From assembly GCA_000002445.1 (NCBI GenBank), contig CM000207.1:864001-928000 (forward strand): 64,000 nt of DNA, read 5' to 3'. The stretch comes from Trypanosoma brucei (Eukaryota). Below, piece after piece: positions 7,371-17,495 of the stretch (positions are counted from its first letter, which is position 1; each line of letters opens with the position of its first letter). The notes beneath the pieces are model-generated. The model was given only the letters and a program-made list of their open reading frames with translations, did not search any database and had not been told where the DNA came from. A program made the translations under genes and the position numbers.

Positions 7371-10178
7371 ATGAGCAAACGCCGCCGTGGTGACGATGAA
7401 AGCGATATTTTCCGGAAGGCTATCGAGCTGCTGTGTCACCGCCGGGCCACAACTGAAGAACTGTCAGTTGCAACTAAGCTCACGCCTTTGGAAAGGCAGG
7501 TGGTGTGCCTCAAGGAGTCCCTTCCGCCCGATGTTATTCTGATGGTAGCGTGTGGTTACCGTGTGAAGTTTTACGGTCGTGACAGTCGCGTCGTCAGCCG
7601 CCGTTTTGGGATAATGTGCATTCAAGCAACTCCATTCGAGTATAGCAGTGTTCCTTACACAGGGGTCAATATTTATGTGCGCCGCCTGGTAGCGATGGGT
7701 TATCGTGTTGCTTTTGCGGATCAAGAGAGCGCTTCTATTCGGTCGACCAGTGGTAACTCGAAGGGGTTGTTTTCCCGAGAGATTGGGCGAGTGTACAGCC
7801 GAGGAACGATGTTGCCTGATGAGGTGGTTGTCACCGCTGGAACCCCTCAAGAAGGAAGCGCTACCGGTCAGGGGGATGAAGGGGCACCGGAAGGAGGAGA
7901 TCCCGTTGGTGTGGAGGAACTTCTCCCCTTGAAGGAGGGATCTTCGGAATTGTTTATTTGCTTCTTGTGGCCCTCAACTGGGTCGGCGGGTGTGAGCCTG
8001 GTCGAAGTGACGCTTCTCAGTTTCGTCACGTACTCTCTTTCTCGTCATCACCTGTCTTCAGGGGGAGAGCTTTTGGACATACTCAATCGCTACAATATTG
8101 TTGAGGTGGTTCTGTTTTATGATGAAGACGGAGCGCGGGAGCTCGACCGGCATCAGAACGCAGCAGCTACCGACGGCACTTTGCCTCCTTTTCGCTTGTG
8201 CGGTTTACCGGAGGCGTTTTACACACCCTTAAACACAATTCTATCGCTTCATCATGGACCGACGGTTAACGGTGAAGAGGATAATAATTCTGTAACTGTC
8301 TGCACCTCGCCATTCATCGGTTCTATCGATGACTCAATTGCAGAGTATTTAAAGCCTAGTCGATTTGATACGACCTTCAGGAAAATGTGCTCTAAATCTC
8401 CGCCGTTACTTGCGCGGAGCACGGCCGGTGGGGTGGCTGAGTTGGTAATGGAGATGCCCGGCACCACGATGAGCGCGTTGGACATATTTCACAGCAGCAT
8501 TGGGCTAAAAGGTTCTCTGCTGGCTCTATTGGACCACAGCCTTACGGTGCCTGGTCTGCGGCGGTTGCGTTCGTGGCTGGCGGCCCCGCTCTGCGACTTA
8601 CGGGCCATTAATTCTCGGCGTGAGGCGGTGGCGTTTTTACTTCGCGGCGAAGGGGGTGACTCAGTGGTGGGCCTGCTGCGAGAGTTTGCCAAGTTTGGTG
8701 ATCTCGAGGCAACACTGGGGAAGCTGCGGGCGCAGCGGTGCACTGTAACCGATTATCTTCGTTTGTTGCGTGCGGTGAAAGTGACGCATAAACTCGCTCT
8801 TGACATTTTATCACTTTGTGGCGAAGGCATGTGCGATCAGATTCGTGATGCTCTTGTTGCCGTCACGTCTGAGAATGTCGAGTTGTTCCTTCAATCGTGT
8901 AAGTGTGAGTTAAACTTGGATGCGGATTCCCCTCAGGAGTACTACGCAGCACTTGGTTCCCCCCTACCCGACCTTTTGCAGACTCATGCTAAGGAGCGCG
9001 ACGAAGTGCTACGTGCGTTGGACGTGGAGCTGGAATGCATTCGAAAGACACTCAAGTTACCTGCGTTGGAGTACCGTACAATCGCTGGCACCACATTCAT
9101 TGTGGACGTGCCCAACGTAAGGGCCAATGATGCACCGAAAGAGTGGATTGTGCTGACAAGAACAAAGACTCATGTGCGATTTCACACTCCAAGAATTGTC
9201 AATCTTACCGTGGAGCTCTGCTCCGCCAAGGAACGCCTTGCCATTGCAGCAAATGAGGCATGGTTAGCGAAGCAAGCCGAGTTGGAAGGTTCTGTCGACA
9301 CGATGGAGATATTTAAGAGTGTCATTAACTCTGTTGCTGTGCTTGACGCACTTCACTGTCTTGCTGTCGCATCTTCGGCCCCTGGATACACTGCTCCATC
9401 CATCTCAGACGATGAGCAGTCGATTGTGATCCGCGACGGACGCCACCCGATGCTTGAGTCGCTCATGCGTGGGGGCTACGTGGGGTGTGACGTTTCCCTT
9501 GTCAAGCACGGCGCGTGGATTCTCACAGGGCCCAACATGGGAGGTAAATCAGCTCTGATGCGTATGGTAGGTACGTTTGTGGTATTGGCACAACTGGGTT
9601 GCTACGTGCCTGCCAAGTCTGCGCAACTGCCCTTGTTTGGGGCTGTATACTGTCGAATGGGGTCGAGCGATTCTCTGCTGGAGGGAAGTTCCACCTTTTT
9701 GAAAGAGATGGAGGAAACAAGTCGGATCCTCCGCTCTGAGATTGTGTCCTCTTCGCTTGTACTACTGGATGAACTCGGCAGGGGAACGAGCAGTTATGAT
9801 GGTATTGCTATTGCCGCTGCGACACTGGAGTATCTGCTTCGGAAGGGTGCAACAACATTCTTCGTGACGCACTATTCGCAACTCTGTGAGCCCTATGTCA
9901 ATTCCAGCAACAACGGACTGGTGTCATGCTATTATATGGGATTTCATGAGGAAAAGATTGTGTCTAGAGAGGGCGAGGGGGAGGTAAAAATTGTATTTAC
10001 TTACAAACCAACACTTGGGGTCACGCCTTCTAGCTTTGGTGCGCGCGTGGCCCGCATGGCTGGGTTGCCCTCTGCAGTTGTAACTGAAGCGCAGCTGATC
10101 AGCGAGGAGGCGGAACGCACTCACGACTGGTGCTTGTCTCTTCTTGAATTGCGGCGCTTCGTCAAAAACAATTCTTAG
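7371..10178 (+). CDS. MutS homolog DNA mismatch repair protein, MSH3-like (935 aa)
   Basis: N-terminal mismatch-binding domain (…VACGYRVKFYGRDSRVV…), Walker A GPNMGGKSALMRMVG, MutS signature …LLDELGRGTSSYDGIAIAAATLEYL… The FYG (not FYE) mismatch-contact motif resembles MSH3 rather than MSH6. Confidence 0.85.
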   Translation: MSKRRRGDDESDIFRKAIELLCHRRATTEELSVATKLTPLERQVVCLKESLPPDVILMVACGYRVKFYGRDSRVVSRRFGIMCIQATPFEYSSVPYTGVNIYVRRLVAMGYRVAFADQESASIRSTSGNSKGLFSREIGRVYSRGTMLPDEVVVTAGTPQEGSATGQGDEGAPEGGDPVGVEELLPLKEGSSELFICFLWPSTGSAGVSLVEVTLLSFVTYSLSRHHLSSGGELLDILNRYNIVEVVLFYDEDGARELDRHQNAAATDGTLPPFRLCGLPEAFYTPLNTILSLHHGPTVNGEEDNNSVTVCTSPFIGSIDDSIAEYLKPSRFDTTFRKMCSKSPPLLARSTAGGVAELVMEMPGTTMSALDIFHSSIGLKGSLLALLDHSLTVPGLRRLRSWLAAPLCDLRAINSRREAVAFLLRGEGGDSVVGLLREFAKFGDLEATLGKLRAQRCTVTDYLRLLRAVKVTHKLALDILSLCGEGMCDQIRDALVAVTSENVELFLQSCKCELNLDADSPQEYYAALGSPLPDLLQTHAKERDEVLRALDVELECIRKTLKLPALEYRTIAGTTFIVDVPNVRANDAPKEWIVLTRTKTHVRFHTPRIVNLTVELCSAKERLAIAANEAWLAKQAELEGSVDTMEIFKSVINSVAVLDALHCLAVASSAPGYTAPSISDDEQSIVIRDGRHPMLESLMRGGYVGCDVSLVKHGAWILTGPNMGGKSALMRMVGTFVVLAQLGCYVPAKSAQLPLFGAVYCRMGSSDSLLEGSSTFLKEMEETSRILRSEIVSSSLVLLDELGRGTSSYDGIAIAAATLEYLLRKGATTFFVTHYSQLCEPYVNSSNNGLVSCYYMGFHEEKIVSREGEGEVKIVFTYKPTLGVTPSSFGARVARMAGLPSAVVTEAQLISEEAERTHDWCLSLLELRRFVKNNS

Positions 10179-10510
10179 ACGATAAACATAGAGAAGTCGA
10201 GTCGAATGTGTGACCATACGTACATCCATAAAGTTTTGTTAATTTTTTCACTCTGCTTTCCTTCTGTTGTTTTCCTCCTGTAGTTTTTTCCTGCTTGATT
10301 TTCTTTGGAAGTGTGCGGGGTGTAATGTTATTCTCGAATTCTACAGTATCTAGCAGTATGCCGCTGCTGTTTCCTTTGTTTTATTTGTTTTGGCTTGACA
10401 CTGCTCGCTCTGGTGCATTACGTTCCGTGACTGGTAAGTGCGTTTTGCTCGGCACCTTTACTGAATATATTCTACCAACGGCTTCTTCCATGTATTCCCC
10501 TCTCGTAGTA

Positions 10511-10527
10511 GTGTGTGTGTGTGTGTG
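10511..10527. repeat. (GT)n microsatellite
   Basis: gtgtgtgtgtgtgtgtg in the intergenic region upstream of the RING gene. Confidence 0.9.
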
Positions 10528-10582
10528 AAAGGGTCTTAGGGTTGTAGAAGAGAGAGCGAGGGAAAGTAGGAAGTAATTTTCG

Positions 10583-12049
10583 ATGCTTTCCCTATATGCG
10601 TACATTTTCCTAAGTTTGGTGGTGACTATAGGCTTCGTCGTCGACTATGCCACCGTTTACACTGATTTCTTTTCGTTAGTTGTTGCGCTGACAGACTCCC
10701 CCATATTCCGCCTCTTGTGCGTGAACAGCTTCATAGCGTTATCATGGGTCCTTTGGCTTGTTGCCCGCTTCACCTTCTTTGGCACGTTGAGCCGCACCGA
10801 AAGCGACGCGGTGCGGAGTGTTACGCCTGTGTATGCTATGGAATTTATTGTTTGCCCCCTTTATTTCGGTATCTCCACACTGAGTTCCGCAGGTGTGGTT
10901 TCACTTGTTACTGTGGTTGTTGCGGTTCTCCATCGCCTTGCACAGGAGCGCGTATCAACACTTCAAGTGATGGAGGATCGGGTGTTACGTACACCTATGC
11001 TTGTCCGGCTGCTGATTTTCCTGTACCTTTTCTCCATGATCGACCTCTATGTTGTGTTTGATATGATTGGGAATACGGCAGAGAGCTATGGAGATCAACT
11101 GTCTATGCAGTATTGCATAGCCTTATTGTATGTACAGTTCCTTATATCCATTCTCAAGTCGTTTACGCAACTCTTCTTCACCGTGGCCACCAAGGAGTCG
11201 ACGTACAACAGCCTGGCCTTCTATATGGAGATGTTTTTTTCCCTCTCCAACAATGTGGTGTTCTTCATTTCATTTCTGTACATTTGTACTTCATCGTACG
11301 TTCCCTTTCCGCTTATGCGCATGTTTTTACAAAACATGATAATGTGCGGGAAGAACGTTCGCCTCGTCGCGCGATACAGGAAACTTACGGCTCTTTTGAG
11401 AGAAATACCAAACGCCACCGAAGAGATTTTGTCCCGTGACCCGCACTGTGCTATATGTTACGATGATATGTCGCCTGATCAAACATGCAAGCAACTCCCA
11501 TGTGGGCACTGTTATCATGAGGCGTGCTTGCTCCACTGGTTTGAAAAAATGTCAACGTGCCCCTACTGCAGAAGCGACATCGCTCAGCGAACCAGTGCTA
11601 TGGCAGCGTATGCGAAAAGGGTTCGGGTTCCGGCGGATGCCACCACTACACCATCGGAGCAGACGGGATCTGATGCGTCAGCAACTCCGTCCCCCGAGGA
11701 CGATACGACAAGCATGCCAATGCCTAGCGAGGAGGAAATGCGGAGGTCATATGAGCGGTACCTAGCAGAAATGGCTTCGCGGCAGCGGGCGCAGGGGGCC
11801 GCCATCTCAGCTGAAGCCGATGCTTCGCGCTTGGGGGAGGAGGTTTCTGCAGCATCAACCGATCGCTTCTCAGTGGTTGAGGAGATAAACAAAAGTCTCA
11901 CTCAGAGTAACGCTGTCAGGTCAGTGGATGTCCCAGCAGTGAGTACGAAGGAGGCGCAACGTCTAGCAGCTTACGAGGAGCACGCTGCGGCTGTAAGGGC
12001 CGCGCAAGAGAAACTACAGCAACGTCTGAAATCCATTGATGCCTCCTAG
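10583..12049 (+). CDS. multi-pass membrane RING-H2 E3 ubiquitin ligase (Hrd1/synoviolin-like architecture)
   Basis: About 250 aa of hydrophobic segments followed by CAICYDDMSPDQTCKQLPCGHCYHEACLLHWFEKMSTCPYCRSDI (C3H2C3 RING-H2), then an acidic, S/T-rich tail. Confidence 0.75.
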   Translation: MLSLYAYIFLSLVVTIGFVVDYATVYTDFFSLVVALTDSPIFRLLCVNSFIALSWVLWLVARFTFFGTLSRTESDAVRSVTPVYAMEFIVCPLYFGISTLSSAGVVSLVTVVVAVLHRLAQERVSTLQVMEDRVLRTPMLVRLLIFLYLFSMIDLYVVFDMIGNTAESYGDQLSMQYCIALLYVQFLISILKSFTQLFFTVATKESTYNSLAFYMEMFFSLSNNVVFFISFLYICTSSYVPFPLMRMFLQNMIMCGKNVRLVARYRKLTALLREIPNATEEILSRDPHCAICYDDMSPDQTCKQLPCGHCYHEACLLHWFEKMSTCPYCRSDIAQRTSAMAAYAKRVRVPADATTTPSEQTGSDASATPSPEDDTTSMPMPSEEEMRRSYERYLAEMASRQRAQGAAISAEADASRLGEEVSAASTDRFSVVEEINKSLTQSNAVRSVDVPAVSTKEAQRLAAYEEHAAAVRAAQEKLQQRLKSIDAS

Positions 12050-12961
12050 GAGTTAGTAACACGAACCTGGTGAAACGTTCTGAGAGTGTTCGCGGTTACA
12101 ATTGTAATCTATTTTGCCTTACTGGATATACGCGCACCTGCAATTGCGCGTATATGTGTCCTTTCCTTTAGTTACTGTCGGGTTCTTTTTGTTCTCCGTG
12201 CTACGGTTTTTTTTCCTTTGGGGCGTGCGGGGAGAGGGTGGCGCCAATTTAACAGCATTTGGTGCACGACAGAGAGGGGAAAGGAGAGGAGGCGTGAAGA
12301 GGAGCAAGAGCAAACAGTTCACATGAAGCGTTGCTTGGAATGAGTGGACGAGAGTGCTTGGATGTGGGGTGAGAACGGACAGTTGAGTGCTTTAATCGCT
12401 CATTTGTTGCACTGTAGGGCGTTTGCTTCGGGGTCCTTATCAGCAAGCGAATATTCTCCCTCCTTTCATTGCAATAATGTGTCATATCATCCGGAGCGTG
12501 AAGGGTAGACACTGCGGTGGCAGTTCACCCGCCTTCGTATTCCCCCCCCCCGCTCATTTACTTACTGTGTTACCCTCACACTCGCTGATGCCTCTGTTGT
12601 ACCTTTCTTATTGGATTGCTCTCATTCTTTCCTGTTTGTATACGTTCTGTCCTGCATTGCTAAAGAGACTTCTTTCTGTTTCAAAGGGAGAGGGAGCGCG
12701 GGTGGAGTGCTGAGGTACGGTCTATCGGAAAGAGAAGGAACTGGGACGACGTGACCTGGATCTGTTGGAAACCTCGGCAGTTAGTTTTTGATCCCTCTGG
12801 GACGTGAACAAATAAATATAAATCTGAGCTGTGGAACAAAGGCATTTGTGAGGAAAAGAAAACGGGAGGGAGTGACATACATATCATCACATTTCCCACA
12901 TCCAGTTTTTAACTTCGCGCCACCTGTTGAGGGGAAGTGCAGTTAGCAGTTGAAGAGCAGA

Positions 12962-13786
12962 ATGCTCCGCGGTACCCCAGTTCGTCGCGCATCCTTGCGA
13001 TACCGACGCCCATACTGGATGATGTTTCTCAAGGGTGTTGATAACTGGAAGATTTACACAGTTATTCAACAGCCTGATCATCAGCGTACGGAAATGTTAT
13101 ATCAGGCTTGGCTTGGTGGGCTGGATCGGCCGTACACTCGGCCCAAGTGCATGGCAAACCAACCGTTGTGGTTGAGTAAGAAACGCCACATGCTCCGCAA
13201 GGAGCGTCTGGATGGACCTGAAACACCGCTGGAGAAGTACGTATTAGAATGGCACAAGAAATTTCACTCTTTTCAGGGGACCGAGCGGCCAACACCGGAT
13301 GATTTGCACACGGCGCTTGATTTAGTAGAGCGACCTCTTGATTTAAGTTACGCACTGCAATTGCTAGGCCAGTGCCGTAACTTGAACAACATTCGGTTCG
13401 CGAAGGAGACATTCCTTGTCTTCCTGGAGGCGTGTTTGCGTGTAGGTAGAAGGGACTGTGCGGAGTACGCTCTGGAGCACGCCGAACCACTTGGTTTTTG
13501 GTTCATTGACGAAGATCACCGCCGTTATTTACAGGGAGAGCAAACTTGGTATAAGCTATCTCCTCTTGACAACCTCTATTATCCAGTTGAGGAGAACGCC
13601 AAATTGAACGAGGGGCGCAAACCAATAACCCGACTGAGTCCCGCCACTGAAAGTCCGGGGTCCGGAACCGCCATTTCTGATGGGGAGCCTTCAACGGACG
13701 TGGAGGGTGAAACCACAGTGGACGACGAGATTGCCCAATTGGAGGCGGAGCTGGCGGCACTTGAGAGGGAAGGAGGTGGGAAGTGA
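12962..13786 (+). CDS. hypothetical protein (274 aa) with basic N-terminus (possible mitochondrial presequence)
   Basis: The listed ORF start 12950 is TTG. The first ATG at 12962 gives MLRGTPVRRASLRYRRPYW… The C-terminus is acidic with a coiled-coil-like EIAQLEAELAALERE. Confidence 0.5.
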   Translation: MLRGTPVRRASLRYRRPYWMMFLKGVDNWKIYTVIQQPDHQRTEMLYQAWLGGLDRPYTRPKCMANQPLWLSKKRHMLRKERLDGPETPLEKYVLEWHKKFHSFQGTERPTPDDLHTALDLVERPLDLSYALQLLGQCRNLNNIRFAKETFLVFLEACLRVGRRDCAEYALEHAEPLGFWFIDEDHRRYLQGEQTWYKLSPLDNLYYPVEENAKLNEGRKPITRLSPATESPGSGTAISDGEPSTDVEGETTVDDEIAQLEAELAALEREGGGK

Positions 13787-14775
13787 CAGCGGTTGTTAGT
13801 GCATGTCACAGCTGGAAGCAACATGCTTTCCGTTTTTGTTTGTCGCATTACATTTGGCTTGTAAGTGGCTGAATGTAACTCATTATGGGTTCAGGTTGTT
13901 TGGGCAGCTACCATCGCTGTGCTTGGTTGTGTTTTGCCCTTGTCTACTATATCGTGACTTCCTACTTTGCCTAACGTCCCTTTCCCCGTTTTCATGTACC
14001 TGAAACCTCCCTGCTTACCATTGCACTCCGTCGCCGCCCACGCTGCCGCTGCGGCGCTAATTTTTCGTCGCACTTTCTTGTTTACTTCCCTTATAGTTAT
14101 CTTTATTCCATGCAAAAGCAAATATGTTGGCCCAAAAGGAAAGCCATTGTTTGCCATTTGTACAATTTGTGTTCCATGTCACAGACGAAAGTTGGGTTGT
14201 GGTCGGTTAAGTGTCTTGCGTCGCGGTTTATGGTCTTCTCTTTCCAACAGACCAGCTACAGCGATGGTATGCCAACTGAAGCCGACACGAGCGGAGAGGG
14301 TAAAGAAGCTGCGGGAAGGGGTTGCGGAGGAGTGTAAATCAACTTATCAGCCTTAGTACGCTGCATATCCTGAGTTGCAACGATGTGTTTTCACAATTCA
14401 CTGTTGGTGAGTTGGCGCGCGTTCTGCGGCGTGTGTGTGGTGGTGGAGGGAAACAACGGTTATCGCTTTTTCACTTTACCCTTTTGTGGCTCGCGGTGCT
14501 GTAAACTGATTCTTGTGCATACTTAATAGTTTTCAGGTGTAATTAAGAAAGCAATCGGCAGGAAGGAGTAATACGCGTTGTTGTTTCGTCTTACTCCTTC
14601 TGGTGGCTGCTCGTTTTGCTGTGATGAGTGGGGCCATATTGGTGTATATTATGTTGCACACGGCTTACAAAACCATCAGCAGTCCCACTAGGGTTGTAAT
14701 GGAGAAGTTGAACTTAGGGTGCAGAACAACATGTGACATCCGTGCTTGTCACTGTTCACCGGTGGCTGAATGCAT

Positions 14776-14816
14776 GTTTCTTCCTTTGCTTTCACTTTCC
14801 ACATTTCTCTCGATAG
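14776..14816 (+). promoter_or_regulatory. polypyrimidine tract + AG upstream of the Nop56/58 gene
   Basis: tgtttcttcctttgctttcactttccacatttctctcgatAG, 30 nt upstream of ATG 14846. Confidence 0.45.
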
Positions 14817-14845
14817 TTTGTGCAGCTTTGTGTTTTCTGAGGAAA

Positions 14846-16129
14846 ATGGTTTTTGCCTTATTGGAGTTGCCTGCGGGTGTGGGGCTCTTTAAGGTGGACG
14901 GCGACAAGCAAAAACTGAAGGCACTATTAAGCTTCAAGAGTACTGCGGATGCTCTTGCCACCACAACACAAGTTGTGAATGGTGAGCTCGCGAAGCCCGT
15001 GCGCAAGTTCCTCAAGAAAAACTTTGTTGAGAAACAAATAACGGAGGAATTAGCAGTCGCCGATGCAAAGCTCGCAAAAGCCATAAAGGATGCCCTCGCT
15101 ATTCAGTGCGTGCATGGTGACGACACTTTGGCCACATTCCGCGCCCTGCGCGCAAACCTTGACGACCTGCTCGAGGATGTTTCAACAGAGCAACTCAACC
15201 AGACAGCACTAGGTCTCGCGCATAATTTGAACCGCTACAAGCTGAAATTTTCCCCGGACAAGGTGGACATGATGGTGGTGCAAGCCGTAGCGCTGCTGGA
15301 GGATTTGGACAAGGAGATCAACAAATATGCGATGCGAGCGCGTGAGTGGTACGGCTGGCACTTCCCTGAATTGGCGAAGATCGTCAATGATAATATACTT
15401 TATGCGAAGATTGTGTTGGCTGCGAAGACCCGCTTCAACGTCCGCGACACCGATTTCTCTGACTTCCTTGAGGAGGAGTTGGAGCAGAAGGTAAAGGATG
15501 CGGCGATGGTGTCAATGGGCACGGAGATCGCTGAGGAGGACATCGAGAACATTTGCCGGCTTTGTAGCGAGGTTGTTGCGGCGTCGAAGTATCGTGAGAG
15601 TCTTGCCGCGTACCTCAGCTCCCGCATGCAAACAATCGCTCCAAATCTCACCACAATGGTTGGTGAGCAGATTGGCGCCCGGCTGATTCAAAAGGCGGGT
15701 TCACTGCTATCACTTGCGAAGTACCCCTCTTCCACCCTACAGATCCTTGGTGCTGAGAAGGCACTCTTCCGTGCTCTCAAGCAACGGCAGGCAACGCCAA
15801 AATACGGTATTCTTTACAACGCTCAGGTGGTGGCAAAGGCGGCTGCCACCCACAAGGGCGCCATGTCCCGCGTGCTTGCCGCAAAGGCCTCTCTTAGCGC
15901 CCGTATTGACTCATTTGGCGAGGGCGACAACTCTGCAGCACTGGAGTACCGCGGTAAAGTTGAGGAACGCCTTCGGCAGTTTGAAGAGGGTGTCACATAT
16001 GGCCGTACGGGTAATGTACGAGGCAGGGGTGGTGGTATGCAGCTGCAACAGAAACGAGGACCTCCTAATGGCAATGGTGGGGGGGCTCCCTTCAAACGCC
16101 AACGGCTGGACGGCGGTGGGTTCAGGTAA
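14846..16129 (+). CDS. Nop56/Nop58-family box C/D snoRNP core protein (427 aa)
   Basis: MVFALLELPAGVGLFKVDGDK (Nop5 N-terminal domain), …EWYGWHFPELAKIVNDNILYAKIVL… (Nop domain), G/R-rich C-terminus. The listed ORF start 14603 is GTG and crosses a polyY tract; the conserved N-terminus begins at ATG 14846. Confidence 0.85.
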   Translation: MVFALLELPAGVGLFKVDGDKQKLKALLSFKSTADALATTTQVVNGELAKPVRKFLKKNFVEKQITEELAVADAKLAKAIKDALAIQCVHGDDTLATFRALRANLDDLLEDVSTEQLNQTALGLAHNLNRYKLKFSPDKVDMMVVQAVALLEDLDKEINKYAMRAREWYGWHFPELAKIVNDNILYAKIVLAAKTRFNVRDTDFSDFLEEELEQKVKDAAMVSMGTEIAEEDIENICRLCSEVVAASKYRESLAAYLSSRMQTIAPNLTTMVGEQIGARLIQKAGSLLSLAKYPSSTLQILGAEKALFRALKQRQATPKYGILYNAQVVAKAAATHKGAMSRVLAAKASLSARIDSFGEGDNSAALEYRGKVEERLRQFEEGVTYGRTGNVRGRGGGMQLQQKRGPPNGNGGGAPFKRQRLDGGGFR

Positions 16130-17312
16130 CGTGAGTAATAGGGAGGTGGTAGTGGTGGGGATATGGATAGGGAGAAGAACACAAGTGAAGAGGGAATTTG
16201 CGGGGAGCTGAAGGGGAGGGGAAGTGCGTTTGGACGGTAAACGGAGTGGGTTAGGGTTGAGCAGGAAACTTATGTGTGTGTGTTTATGTGAGATGCGTTA
16301 GCCAACGACCAAATAAAGCGCTGTGTGACTGAGGAGCGAAGCGGCGGAGAGGGCAAAGCAACGGTCGTTCTATTCAAGTGCATGCACATTCAAACGCAGA
16401 CGATGAAACATGCCGCTGAGGGTGAAATGAGGTCACGATTAAAAAGTTGTGAGTGAGAGGACGGGAGCACTTACGTCGGCCGCCTTGCACTGCCTAGGGA
16501 CATGTCGTAGCGGAAACTGGATAATGGAATGCGTGTCATTACCACGGCGTGCTGGTGCTGAGGACTAATGTAATGGACCATTACTTTGGTCTCCATGCAT
16601 TTCTGGTGCACCAGCACATCACCCCAATTCCCTTATTTACGATTCTTCTTCCTATTATTTTTTGTTTCGTTTACGTCGCTCTGACTTCGTCCCTTTGTTT
16701 TGACGTTTAAGAGAAATCGATGGCCTTTTGCTGTCTCTTCGTGATTCTTAAATTGTTGTGATGAGATGTGGCGTTTTTTAAAAAGAAAAAAAATGATATG
16801 GTACGAAGAAAAGAAACCAGTGCATTCGGAGGTGGGCAACGTACAGGTATTCTTCACACAGGGAGGTAAATGTGTGAGCGTCTGTGTGTGTATATATTTA
16901 AGGAGCGGGTAAACCAAAGTGAATGAGCGAACAAAGAATTTTTGCGCCCGTATGAATTTAGCTGAAACGTAATGTTGTGAGGATCACCTCGTACGTTGTA
17001 AGGGCCTACCTATGCATTTGATTAAGTTGATAAAAAAGAAAAAAACAAGTAATTAATACACGTGATGGTCTCGTAATGTGGTGATAATCGTTATTCCCTT
17101 CCGTTATTATCGAGGTTGCTTACTTCTGAGGTGGAGTAATGCAATTCGTCTAACTGATTTGTACGAACATTTTTTCTATTTCCTTTCCTTTTCACTTCTT
17201 CTCCACCTCGAACGTCTCGCTTCCATCGCGACTGGATTTGTTCTAATGGGATAGGCGTTTGCTTATTTCCGCGCTGTTAGTAGAGGAAGTTGCTGCTTAG
17301 GCAGAGTTGGAG

Positions 17313-17333
17313 GTGTGTGTGTGTGTGTGTGTG
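17313..17333. repeat. (GT)n microsatellite
   Basis: gtgtgtgtgtgtgtgtgtgtg. Confidence 0.9.
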
Positions 17334-17495
17334 GCAGCGCACACGTTTGCTGTCTGTTCTCCATCCGTGCACGAGTTTTGGTTTCTTTCTCACGTGTTGT
17401 GGGCGTGAGTTCTTCTTCCTGAGGGAGCTTACCCTTCAACCGCACTGGGGCTAATATAGCAGTTTGTCACGTTACTGTTTGCACCCAACAATTGG

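Noticed and set aside
1767-10178. PCNA, GlnRS and a MutS homolog adjacent and co-oriented: possible replication/repair operon
   Set aside because: In kinetoplastids whole chromosome arms are co-transcribed irrespective of function. Adjacency carries no operon-like meaning, and the genes in between and around are functionally unrelated.
12096-12153. Palindromes ttacaattgtaa and atacgcgca…tgcgcgtat in the 3' flank of the RING gene
   Set aside because: 12-nt palindromes and 9-nt inverted repeats are expected several times by chance in 64 kb. No additional structure or conservation evidence.
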